Shown: positions 9,596-18,182 of the stretch, one piece after another
Numbering within the stretch: position 1 is the stretch's first letter
Layout of the letters: the number at the start of each line of letters is the position of its first letter
Assembly: GCA_016209225.1 (NCBI GenBank)
Contig: JACQWO010000025.1
Span: 14,548-78,547 of the forward strand
Source of the DNA: Desulfobacterales bacterium
GTDB taxonomy: Bacteria > Desulfobacterota > UBA8473
DNA length: 64,000 bases
Direction: 5' to 3'
Notes under the pieces: model-generated
Told to the model about the DNA's origin: nothing
Database searches by the model: none
Seen by the model: the letters and a program-made list of their open reading frames with translations, nothing else
Program-made: the position numbers and the translations under genes

Positions 9596-10777
9596 ATGAA
9601 CTTCAGATTTACGCCTGAGCAGGAAGCATTAAGGGTAGAGTTTATGGAGTTTTGTAAAGAAGAGGCAGAAAGAGCTCCCACAGGTTGGATAGGTGGCCTG
9701 GCAGCCGAGGAAACAGATGAAGGGTGGGCATATCACCAATCCGTAGTAAAGAGGGTAGCAGCAAAGGGATGGCTATGCTTGCCCTGGCCAAAAGAATATG
9801 GAGGGAAGGGGCATGGACCTGTTGAGCAGCTCATCTTCAACGAGGTAATGGCATACTATAGGGTGCCCGCTATCCCTTTCCACTTTATGACAGTAGCCGC
9901 GGGCATTATGGTGTACGGAACCGAGGAGCAGAAGAAAGAGTGGCTGCCGAAGATAGCCGGAGCAGAAATAAATTGGGCTGAAGGTTTGAGCGAGCCTAAT
10001 GCCGGTTCAGACCTTGCCTCCCTTACTACCACAGCAGTGGCAGATGGTGCTCATTATGTCATCAACGGGCAGAAGGTGTGGACCAGCGGTGCCCACCGTG
10101 CCGACCATATTTTTATCCTGGCAAGAACAGACCCTAACGAGCCAAGGCACAAGGGACTGACCTTCTTCATCAATAAGATTGGGCCTGGCATAGAGTTTCG
10201 TCCCTTAATCTTTATGAATGGAAGCCATTTCTACAATGAGACATTCATAGATGATTTCCGTGTACCCAAGGAAAATGTAGTGGGAAAGGTAAATCAAGGG
10301 TGGTATGTTATGATGGCAGGAAGAAACTTTGCCCGTGCCAATATAGCTTTTGCCGCCGGAGGAAAGCGAGACTTAGAGGATCTGATCTTATATTGCAAGG
10401 AGACACAAGAAGGTGGTGAAATCCTGGCGAAAAAAGCCTTGGTTCGCCACAGGCTTGTCGAACTGGCCATTGATTTTGAAGCGGCCCAAAGATTCGCTTA
10501 CTATGTAGGCTGGCTTCAAAGCAAGGGTAAGGATGTTGCAGTCGAGGCTGCTGCTTGCGGTTATTACGCCAGCGAGCTTAACCTGCGCCTTGCCAACACC
10601 GCGATAGAGATCATGGGGCTCTACGGTACGGTAACAAGAGAATCCAAGTGGGCTCCCCTCTGCGGTAAGTTTCAAGATCTTTGCCAGTGGGGCTCAGGTT
10701 TCACTATCGCCGGGGGTACTACAGAAATAAGGAAAAATATAATCGCCTGGCAGGGGCTCAAACTGCCCAGGAATTAG
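9596..10777 (+). CDS. Acyl-CoA dehydrogenase, catalytic subunit of a probable heteromeric pair
   Basis: SEPNAGSDLASL, NGQKVWTS, TIAGGTTEI. Confidence 0.9.
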   Translation: MNFRFTPEQEALRVEFMEFCKEEAERAPTGWIGGLAAEETDEGWAYHQSVVKRVAAKGWLCLPWPKEYGGKGHGPVEQLIFNEVMAYYRVPAIPFHFMTVAAGIMVYGTEEQKKEWLPKIAGAEINWAEGLSEPNAGSDLASLTTTAVADGAHYVINGQKVWTSGAHRADHIFILARTDPNEPRHKGLTFFINKIGPGIEFRPLIFMNGSHFYNETFIDDFRVPKENVVGKVNQGWYVMMAGRNFARANIAFAAGGKRDLEDLILYCKETQEGGEILAKKALVRHRLVELAIDFEAAQRFAYYVGWLQSKGKDVAVEAAACGYYASELNLRLANTAIEIMGLYGTVTRESKWAPLCGKFQDLCQWGSGFTIAGGTTEIRKNIIAWQGLKLPRN

Positions 10778-10821
10778 AAGAGTGGAGGCGTATTTAATGA
10801 CTTCCATTGAAAGGGGGAAAT

Positions 10822-11952
10822 ATGGAGTTAGCTTTTACAGAAGAGCAGGAAATATTAAGAAAGATGGCTCATGACTTCTTGGCAAGGGAATTTCCCAAGA
10901 CATTGGTGAGGGAAATGGAGGAGGATCCGATCGGATTTCGCCCCGACATCTGGAAGAAAATGGCGGAGTTGGGATGGATGGGGTTAATTATCCCGGAGGA
11001 GTATGGCGGCAGCAGTTGCGGCTTAGTGGATTTGATTGTCCTTCTGGAAGAGATGGGACGGGCTTGCCTTGCCTCCCCGTTTTTTTCAACCGCTATCTGC
11101 AGCTTCCTTCTTTTGGATGCCGGTAGTGAAGATCAGAAGAAGGAATGGTTGTCAAAGATAGCATCCGGGGAAAAGGTATTTACCCTGGCTTTAACCGAAC
11201 CCAGTGCCAGCTATGATGCCGGCGGTGTCTCCACAAAGGCTACAGAGGATAAAGACGGATATATTATCAATGGTACCAAGCTATTCGTTCATGATGCCCA
11301 GGTGGCTGATTATTTTCTCTGCGTAGCCAGGACGAATCTCTGGTCGCCGTCAGAGGAAGGCATTACCATCTTTCTGGTGGATGCTAAGAGCCAGGGGATA
11401 AAGATCACCCCTCTGCCTACCATTGCGGATGATAAGCAAAATGAAATTTTATTTGAGGGAGTGATGGTACCAAAAGGGAATATGGTCGGTGGATTAAATG
11501 CTGGATGGCCGGCAGTAAAGAAAACCCTTGACAGGGCTGCCGTAGCAAAATGCGCTGAGATGATTGGTGGTGCCGATTGGACGGTAGAGAACTGTGTGGC
11601 TTATGCTAAGGAGAGGACGCAGTTTTATAAGCCAATTGGCAGCTTTGGGATTATTCAGCACTACCTGGCTGAGATGTGGGCAGAAATCGGCCATGCCAAG
11701 AGACTGGTCTATTACGCAGGTTGGCTTGCAGAACAAGAACTCCCCTGTGCCAAGGAGGCAGCCATGGCAAAGGCACGAATGAGCGAGGTATACAGGCACT
11801 GCACCCGCATGGGTGTTCAAATCTTTGGTGGCATTGGCACCACCAGAGAGCATGATATGGGGCTTTATTACCGTCGTGCCAGACAGTCACTGCCCCTTTT
11901 TGGATCTCCCGATTTTTGTCGGGAGAGGGTGGCTTGTGAGATGGGGCTTTAA
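10822..11952 (+). CDS. Acyl-CoA dehydrogenase, partner subunit
   Basis: [25 protein letters not shown]; the C-terminal catalytic Glu motif is replaced by FGSPD. Confidence 0.88.
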   Translation: MELAFTEEQEILRKMAHDFLAREFPKTLVREMEEDPIGFRPDIWKKMAELGWMGLIIPEEYGGSSCGLVDLIVLLEEMGRACLASPFFSTAICSFLLLDAGSEDQKKEWLSKIASGEKVFTLALTEPSASYDAGGVSTKATEDKDGYIINGTKLFVHDAQVADYFLCVARTNLWSPSEEGITIFLVDAKSQGIKITPLPTIADDKQNEILFEGVMVPKGNMVGGLNAGWPAVKKTLDRAAVAKCAEMIGGADWTVENCVAYAKERTQFYKPIGSFGIIQHYLAEMWAEIGHAKRLVYYAGWLAEQELPCAKEAAMAKARMSEVYRHCTRMGVQIFGGIGTTREHDMGLYYRRARQSLPLFGSPDFCRERVACEMGL

Positions 11953-11954
11953 GT

Positions 11955-13631
11955 ATGATCAACTTCATTCGCAATATCATAGCGGAGGATTTGAAGGCAA
12001 ACAAGAATGGCGGTCGGGTCCATACTCGATTTCCACCGGAACCAAACGGCTATCTGCATATCGGACATGCCAAGTCTATCTGCCTTAATTTTGGTCTTGC
12101 CGCTGAAAGCCACGGTCTTTGCAATTTACGATTCGATGATACCAACCCCAGTAAAGAAAGCACTGAATACATTGAATCAATAAAATCGGATATCAAATGG
12201 CTTGGTTTCGATTGGGGTGATGGACTCTTTTACACATCTGACTATTTTGAGAAGCTATACCGGTATGCTGTACAGTTAATCAAAAAGGGGAAGGCGTACG
12301 TTTGCGACTTGAGTCCAGAGGAGATTAGAGAGTACCGTGGCACCTTGACCGAGCCTGGCAAAGACAGTCCTTATTGTAAGCGTTCCGCAGAAGAGAACCT
12401 TGACCTGTTCGAACGCATGCGGGCAGGAGAATTCGAGGAAGGCTCCCGGGTGCTTCGAGCAAAAATCGATATGTCATCCCCAAATTTAAATATGCGTGAT
12501 CCGGTACTTTACCGTATCCTTCGCATACCACATCACCGAACGGGCGACAAGTGGTGCATATATCCCATGTATGATTATGCCCATTGCCTTTCTGATTCCA
12601 TTGAAGGGATTACACATTCTATTTGTACGCTGGAATTTGAAGATCATCGTCCGTTATACGATTGGGTGCTTGACCAACTGAACGTCGATTGCCATCCGCA
12701 GCAAATCGAATTCGCTCGTCTCAATCTGAACTACACAGTGATGAGTAAACGTAAGCTTCTGGAATTGGTGGAAAACGGACATGTCAGCGGATGGGACGAT
12801 CCACGGATGCCTACACTATCGGGTCTGCGGAGACGCGGATACACACCAGAGTCAATCCGAAACTTCTGTGAACGCATCGGAGTAGCAAAGAGGGATAGTG
12901 TGGTTGATGTGGCATTACTCGAGCACTGTATTCGTGAAGACCTAAATCAAAGCGCCCCACGGGTTATGGCCGTGTTGCGTCCACTCCGGGTAGTCATTGA
13001 TAATTATCCGGAAGGTAAAATAGAAGAGCTGGATGCACCTTATCATCCGGATGACCCAAGTATGGGGTCACGGAAGATTCCGTTCTCACACGTGCTGTAT
13101 ATAGAACAAGAGGATTTTCTTGAGGATCCGCCGAAAAAGTTCTTCCGTTTGGCCCCTGGCCGTGAAGTGCGCCTACGATATGCTTATTACATCACGTGTG
13201 TAGATGTGGTAAAGGATAAACGAACCGGAGAAGTGGTCGAATTGCACTGTACTTATGATCCTGAGACACGCGGCGGTTGGTCTCGAGATGGACGCAAGGT
13301 TAAGGCTACGCTGCACTGGGTTTCTGGATTCCACTCTATCCCGGCTGAGGTACGCCTCTATGATCATCTGTTCACGAAAGAAAACCCAAACGAAGAAAAG
13401 GACAACATTGACTTCAAGACTTATTTAAATCCGAACTCGCTTGAGATTTTGACTTCGTGCCGTGTTGAACCAGTCCTTGCAAATGCCACACCGGGGAGTC
13501 GGTACCAGTTTGAAAGGATCGGCTATTTCAGCGTCGATTCAGTTGATTCATCCGATGGAGCGCTGGTGTTTAACCGGACTGTGACGTTACGTGATTCGTG
13601 GACAAAGATCGCTAAAAGGGAGAAGTTTTAG
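11955..13631 (+). CDS. glnS: Glutamine--tRNA ligase
   Basis: [18 protein letters not shown] (HIGH), [14 protein letters not shown]. Confidence 0.97.
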   Translation: MINFIRNIIAEDLKANKNGGRVHTRFPPEPNGYLHIGHAKSICLNFGLAAESHGLCNLRFDDTNPSKESTEYIESIKSDIKWLGFDWGDGLFYTSDYFEKLYRYAVQLIKKGKAYVCDLSPEEIREYRGTLTEPGKDSPYCKRSAEENLDLFERMRAGEFEEGSRVLRAKIDMSSPNLNMRDPVLYRILRIPHHRTGDKWCIYPMYDYAHCLSDSIEGITHSICTLEFEDHRPLYDWVLDQLNVDCHPQQIEFARLNLNYTVMSKRKLLELVENGHVSGWDDPRMPTLSGLRRRGYTPESIRNFCERIGVAKRDSVVDVALLEHCIREDLNQSAPRVMAVLRPLRVVIDNYPEGKIEELDAPYHPDDPSMGSRKIPFSHVLYIEQEDFLEDPPKKFFRLAPGREVRLRYAYYITCVDVVKDKRTGEVVELHCTYDPETRGGWSRDGRKVKATLHWVSGFHSIPAEVRLYDHLFTKENPNEEKDNIDFKTYLNPNSLEILTSCRVEPVLANATPGSRYQFERIGYFSVDSVDSSDGALVFNRTVTLRDSWTKIAKREKF

Positions 13632-13651
13632 AATGGCTGGGAGATTTTTAA

Positions 13652-13725
13652 TGGCTGGGAGACCAGGATTCGAACCTGGGTTGACGGAGTCAGAGTCCGT
13701 AGTCCTGCCGCTGGACGATCTCCCA
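13652..13725 (-). tRNA. tRNA-Gln (anticodon CTG)
   Basis: TGGGAGA...ACGGA-CTCTGAC-TCCGT...GGTTCGAATCC...TCTCCCAGCCA cloverleaf with encoded CCA. Confidence 0.97.
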
Positions 13726-13870
13726 GTAAGATATGTTTACTGCATCTTTGCTTCTTAATTTATATACAAAGGCATAAAAAAGTCAACAAAAAAAACCTGC
13801 CCCTTTGTTTCAGTTTCCAATAAGATTTATACCTATTCTGTTAGATGCAATAATTATAATAGGGGGAAAC

Positions 13871-14415
13871 ATGAGAGGAAAAAATATAATTATCAGCATG
13901 GCAATCGTTTTTTTCTTGTTTTCCTTGCTGTTAAAGCCCACCGTTGCGTCCGAAGAAAATATTTCTAGCTATCATGAAACAATTTCTGTCCTTCGAGAAC
14001 TATATAAAGATGAGACTACTGCCTACAAGACTTATTCAGTATTTGCAAAGAAGGCCATGGAAGAAAAATATGATAGCGTTGCTCGACTTTTTAGTGCATT
14101 AAGCGAATCTGAATCAGTTCACGCACGTAATTTCAAAAGTATTTTGGAGGAAATAGGTGTTACATTAGAAGAATTTCCAGAACCCGATATTAAAGTAAAG
14201 ACCACGAAAAAAAATCTAAAATTTTCTCTAAACACGGAACTTTCCGAGATTGACACTACGTATCCAGGATTTATTGAAAGAATAAAGCCAGAGGGCAATG
14301 AAAGGGCTTTGGTAGATATAACTTATGCATGGAAAGCAGAGATGCAGCACCGGGATTTGATAAAAGGGGGAAAGTCAGCCATTTGGCTTTTATTTGGGAA
14401 GATTGCCGAGGACGA
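13871..14415 (+). pseudogene. Secreted rubrerythrin/ferritin-like protein, truncated by the adjacent element
   Basis: Signal peptide; E..AY, ESVHA, AEMQH diiron motifs; the ORF tail DLGTLLLTLQNS is read from the inverted repeat. Confidence 0.7.
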
Positions 14416-14448
14416 TTTGGGGACGTTGTTACTTACGTTGCAAAACTC

Positions 14449-14477
14449 TTGACAGCGCTGTCAGAAGTTGGTAGAAT
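14449..14477 (+). promoter_or_regulatory. Sigma70 promoter for the transposase, probably leaderless; palindrome over the -35
   Basis: TTGACA-17 bp-TAGAAT, ATG 6 nt later, no SD; TGACAGCGCTGTCA palindrome at 14450-14463. Confidence 0.7.
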
Positions 14478-14483
14478 TACGTT

Positions 14484-15455
14484 ATGCCACGCCAAGCCCG
14501 CTTAGATATCCCCGGCGCCCTGCACCATATCATGGTACGGGGGATCGACAAATCAAACATCTTCCGCGATACTCAGGACAAAGCCCGGTTCCTTGAATGT
14601 CTCGGGCAGAACGTCCAGGACGCCAAATGTTCTGTTTACGCATGGGTGCTCATGGACAACCATGTTCATATACTGTTCCGGAGCGGACAAGGCGGCATCT
14701 CATCTGTCATGAGAAAGCTCCTTACCTGGTACGCCCAATACTTCAACCGCAGGCACGGCCGAAAAGGACATCTCTTTGAAAACCGTTATAAATCCATCCT
14801 GTGCGACGAAGATAATTACCTCCTTGCCCTTGTCCGTTACATCCATCTCAACCCCGTTCGGGCAGAGATCATTCAGACCATGACAGAGATGGACAAATAC
14901 CCATGGAGCGGCCATCCAGCTATTATTGAAAAGGCAAAATACCCATGGATGGATACTGCAACGGTATTGGCGCAATTCGGAGGCATGAAAAGAAAAGCCA
15001 CTGCAGAATACCGGCGGTTTATGCAGGAAGGCATGAATCAGGGACATGAGCCCCAATATTCCGGTGGCGGGCTTGTACGGAGCCTCGGAGGGTGGTCCAA
15101 TGTCCTCTCTATGAGACGGAAAGGCCGGAAGGAAGAGACAGACGAGCGGATCCTTGGGAGTGGTGATTTCGTGCAGCAAGTAATAACGGAGGCAGAAGAC
15201 AAGTCGCTTCGGCAGATGAAGCTCAAAAGATCAGGATTGACGCTGATAAAAATCATCGAACAAGAATGCAAGAAAGGGCAGATCAGCCGGATAGAGCTGG
15301 AGAGCGGCAGTCGCCGGTCAAAGGTAAGCTGGACGCGTGGACAGATCGCCCGACGCGGCATTGAAGAGATCGGCCTCTCAGCGGCTGAGATTGCGCGACA
15401 TCTCGGCGTAGCCACGTCAAGCATAACGCGGGCGATTGCAAAGATGGAAGTCTGA
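14484..15455 (+). CDS. REP-associated tyrosine transposase-like Y1 HUH endonuclease with C-terminal HTH
   Basis: HHIMVRG, MDNHVHIL (HUH), RYIHLNPVRA, C-terminal SAAEIARHLGV. Confidence 0.92.
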   Translation: MPRQARLDIPGALHHIMVRGIDKSNIFRDTQDKARFLECLGQNVQDAKCSVYAWVLMDNHVHILFRSGQGGISSVMRKLLTWYAQYFNRRHGRKGHLFENRYKSILCDEDNYLLALVRYIHLNPVRAEIIQTMTEMDKYPWSGHPAIIEKAKYPWMDTATVLAQFGGMKRKATAEYRRFMQEGMNQGHEPQYSGGGLVRSLGGWSNVLSMRRKGRKEETDERILGSGDFVQQVITEAEDKSLRQMKLKRSGLTLIKIIEQECKKGQISRIELESGSRRSKVSWTRGQIARRGIEEIGLSAAEIARHLGVATSSITRAIAKMEV

Positions 15456-15506
15456 ACTACAACGCAACGCAACGTAAGTAACAACGTCCCCAAAGTCCTT
15501 ATTTAA

Positions 15507-15659
15507 GCGGCGGTAGATGCGGATTGGTTCCTTTCGCAAGAGAAAGCGATTACAGCCGTTCCAACATTTGTGATGAATCATGATAAGTTGGTTGGTGCGC
15601 AGCCCTACGAGATGCTGGAAAGACTTATGGAAGCTCATGGGGTTAAAAAAAGGAAATAA
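15507..15659 (+). pseudogene. C-terminal fragment of a DsbA/FrnE-type oxidoreductase
   Basis: AVDADW...AITAVPTFVMNHDKLVGAQPYEMLERL; no start, cut off by element 1. Confidence 0.65.
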
Positions 15660-15696
15660 ACATAGATCAGAAACTAAAAAGCAATCCATTTTTTTG

Positions 15697-15757
15697 ACAT
15701 AGCCATCTGCCACACCAGACAGGACAGGGCTGCTCTCTGGTGAGCAGCAGGTTTTTT
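15697..15757 (+). other. attC-like site
   Basis: ACATAGC-catct-GCCACACCAG...CTGGTGAGC-agcag-G|TT; similar to 21211-21275. Confidence 0.5.
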
Positions 15758-16056
15758 CTGATTGGATATTCCCTGTGCTCTGCATCACATCATGTGGTGC
15801 GGGGGGATCAATAAAGCCAACATCTTTTCATAAATCCGGCCTTCTCTCCATGAACCGAATTCCTTCCTGCTTCCCACCTGCCCGGCGCTCGGTGCGGACA
15901 GGTGTCCCCAAACCCTTGTCATGACGGGTGTCGAAAACGGCGGCTTGTTTGGCTCGCTTCTTGCGTTAAATACTTTCCGCGCCTCCGTGCCTCTCTCTGT
16001 GGAAAGAGCCGATGCCTTTCCACTGCCTGAGAATTGCGGCGCAAAAGGAGTTTCCT

Positions 16057-16851
16057 ATGTGGAAAGGTCTGATGACCTCAGTACTGCTTGCTTTTATCTT
16101 CCTCGCCCTTCCCCCTGCGCAAGGGGCGATGCAGCAAGTGACGGCGAATAGTGGACGGTACAAAGTCCCGATTCTACTCTATCACCGCTTCGGACCCGCT
16201 GTGGCTGACGGGATGACCTTGACCACGCAGGTGTTCGCGTCCCATCTGGAATACCTCGCTAAAAACGGCTACACCATTATCCCTCTGAGGAAACTGATTG
16301 ATTTCTATCTCAGGAAAGTCCCTGATCTCCCTCCCAAATCAGTGGTGATCGTTGTTGACGACGCTCACAAATCGGTCTATACCGATATGTTGCCGCTGGT
16401 CAGGAAATATTCCATTCCGGTCACGCTCTTCATCTACCCGTCGGCGATCTCGAACGCGACCTACGCCATGACCTGGGATGAGTTGAGAGCGTTGAAGAAG
16501 ACCGGATTCTTCGATTTTCAGTCGCACACCTATTGGCACCCAAACTTTCTGAAGGAGCGCCGAAAGCTGGGGCCGGCGGATTTTGAAAAGTTCGTGGATA
16601 CGCAGATGAAAAAACCACTCATCAAGATCGAGAAGGAACTGGGCATCAGACCCGACATGCTCGCCTGGCCCTTCGGCATCTATGACGACTATCTCATCGG
16701 AAAGGCCAGGGAGGCGGGATATATCGCCGCCTTCACCATCGAACGCCGGCGCGTGTGCAACCGCGACGGCCTTCTGAAGCTCCCGCGCTACCTCTTGATC
16801 AATGCGGACACGGGGAAAAAATTCGAGAACATTCTCGCAGGGAAAGGATAA
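16057..16851 (+). CDS. Secreted polysaccharide deacetylase (NodB/CE4)
   Basis: PILLYHRF, IVVDDA, QSHTYWH, AWPFG; AAGGAG RBS; signal peptide. Confidence 0.9.
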   Translation: MWKGLMTSVLLAFIFLALPPAQGAMQQVTANSGRYKVPILLYHRFGPAVADGMTLTTQVFASHLEYLAKNGYTIIPLRKLIDFYLRKVPDLPPKSVVIVVDDAHKSVYTDMLPLVRKYSIPVTLFIYPSAISNATYAMTWDELRALKKTGFFDFQSHTYWHPNFLKERRKLGPADFEKFVDTQMKKPLIKIEKELGIRPDMLAWPFGIYDDYLIGKAREAGYIAAFTIERRRVCNRDGLLKLPRYLLINADTGKKFENILAGKG

Positions 16852-16858
16852 TTGCAAC

Positions 16859-18178
16859 ATGAAACTTCATAATCACCGGGCAGCCATGTTTCTTGTATTT
16901 CTAGGCTTTTTGTTTGCCGTCCCGTTCCCGGCCTTTGCGGACGGATATGCCACGGGAAGGGTGGTCGATTTCGAGACGAAAAGACCGATCGCTGGGGCAA
17001 TCTTGACACTCCCGAACGAGGTGGTCCGCACGGATGAACAGGGCATGTTCACCATGAAATCCCCTGCGGCAAAGGTCGGCGTGCGGGCATGCGGGTATCG
17101 ACGGGGAGAGGTCACGCTTCCCGCTCTTGCACCGAAGAGCCCCTTGCAGATCGCTCTCCTGGCATTCACTCCCAAGGCACTCTATCTCACCTATTACGGG
17201 ATCGGGGACAGGAAACTGAGAAACTCGGCGCTCAAGCTCATCGACGAGACGGAGCTCAATGCGCTTGTGATCGATGTGAAGGGCGACAGGGGCGTGGTCA
17301 CCTATAAGACGGAAGTCCCTTTCGCTAATCAGATCGGCGCGCAGAAGCTGATCATCGTGAAGGACATAAGAGAACTGATCCGTTCCCTGAGAGAGAGGGG
17401 GGTTTACACCATCGCCCGGATCGTCGTCTTCAAGGACAATGTGCTTGGAACGGCGCGTCCCGACCTTACCATCCGGACCCAGGACGGAAGTGTCTGGCGC
17501 GACCGGGAAAATCTCGTCTGGGTTGATCCTTCGAAACAGGAAGTCTGGGAGTACAACATCAGCCTCGCGGTAGAGGCCGCCAGAAACGGTTTCGACGAAA
17601 TCCAGTTCGACTATGTGAGATTCCCGGACAGGAAGGGATTGAAATTCGCGGTACAGAACTCTGAAGAGAACAGGGTGAAGTACATATCAGGTTTCCTCAA
17701 GGAAGCAAAAAGGCGGCTTGCCCCCTACAATGTTTTTCTCGCCGCCGATATCTTCGGGTATGTGTCATGGAACCTCGACGACACCCAAATCGGGCAGAGG
17801 CTCGATGCGGTCGAGCCGCATGTCGATTACATCTCTCTCATGCTCTACCCATCGGGGTTCCAGTTCGGGATCCCCGGTTACCGGAATCCCTTGGCTCATC
17901 CCTACGAAATCGTCTCGCTTTCGCTGAAGAAGGCACAGGAAAGGACTGCTATTCCAGCGGTCCGTTTTAGGCCGTGGCTGCAAGCCTTCAGGGATTATGC
18001 CTTTGATCGGAGGCATTTCACGGGAACCGAGATCAAAATGCAGATAAATGCCTCCAAGGACTTCGGTTCCGGAGGATGGATGCTCTGGAATCCGCGGAAC
18101 GTCTATCTCGCCGACGGACTGAAGCCGCGTGAGAAGGTCATGCGAATGGGGGCCAGGATTCATGATCCTCAGGGGTAA
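16859..18178 (+). CDS. Secreted putative glycoside hydrolase (DUF4015-like) with N-terminal carboxypeptidase-regulatory-like domain
   Basis: NALVIDVKGDRG, IARIVVFKD, GFDEIQFDYVRFP, RPWLQAF. Confidence 0.8.
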   Translation: MKLHNHRAAMFLVFLGFLFAVPFPAFADGYATGRVVDFETKRPIAGAILTLPNEVVRTDEQGMFTMKSPAAKVGVRACGYRRGEVTLPALAPKSPLQIALLAFTPKALYLTYYGIGDRKLRNSALKLIDETELNALVIDVKGDRGVVTYKTEVPFANQIGAQKLIIVKDIRELIRSLRERGVYTIARIVVFKDNVLGTARPDLTIRTQDGSVWRDRENLVWVDPSKQEVWEYNISLAVEAARNGFDEIQFDYVRFPDRKGLKFAVQNSEENRVKYISGFLKEAKRRLAPYNVFLAADIFGYVSWNLDDTQIGQRLDAVEPHVDYISLMLYPSGFQFGIPGYRNPLAHPYEIVSLSLKKAQERTAIPAVRFRPWLQAFRDYAFDRRHFTGTEIKMQINASKDFGSGGWMLWNPRNVYLADGLKPREKVMRMGARIHDPQG

Positions 18179-18182
18179 GGCA

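Larger units (their letters stand above)
14416..15494 (+). mobile_element. Y1-HUH (RAYT-like) element 1 bounded by a perfect 26-bp inverted repeat
   Basis: TTTGGGGACGTTGTTACTTACGTTGC (14416-14441) and its reverse complement at 15469-15494. Confidence 0.85.
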
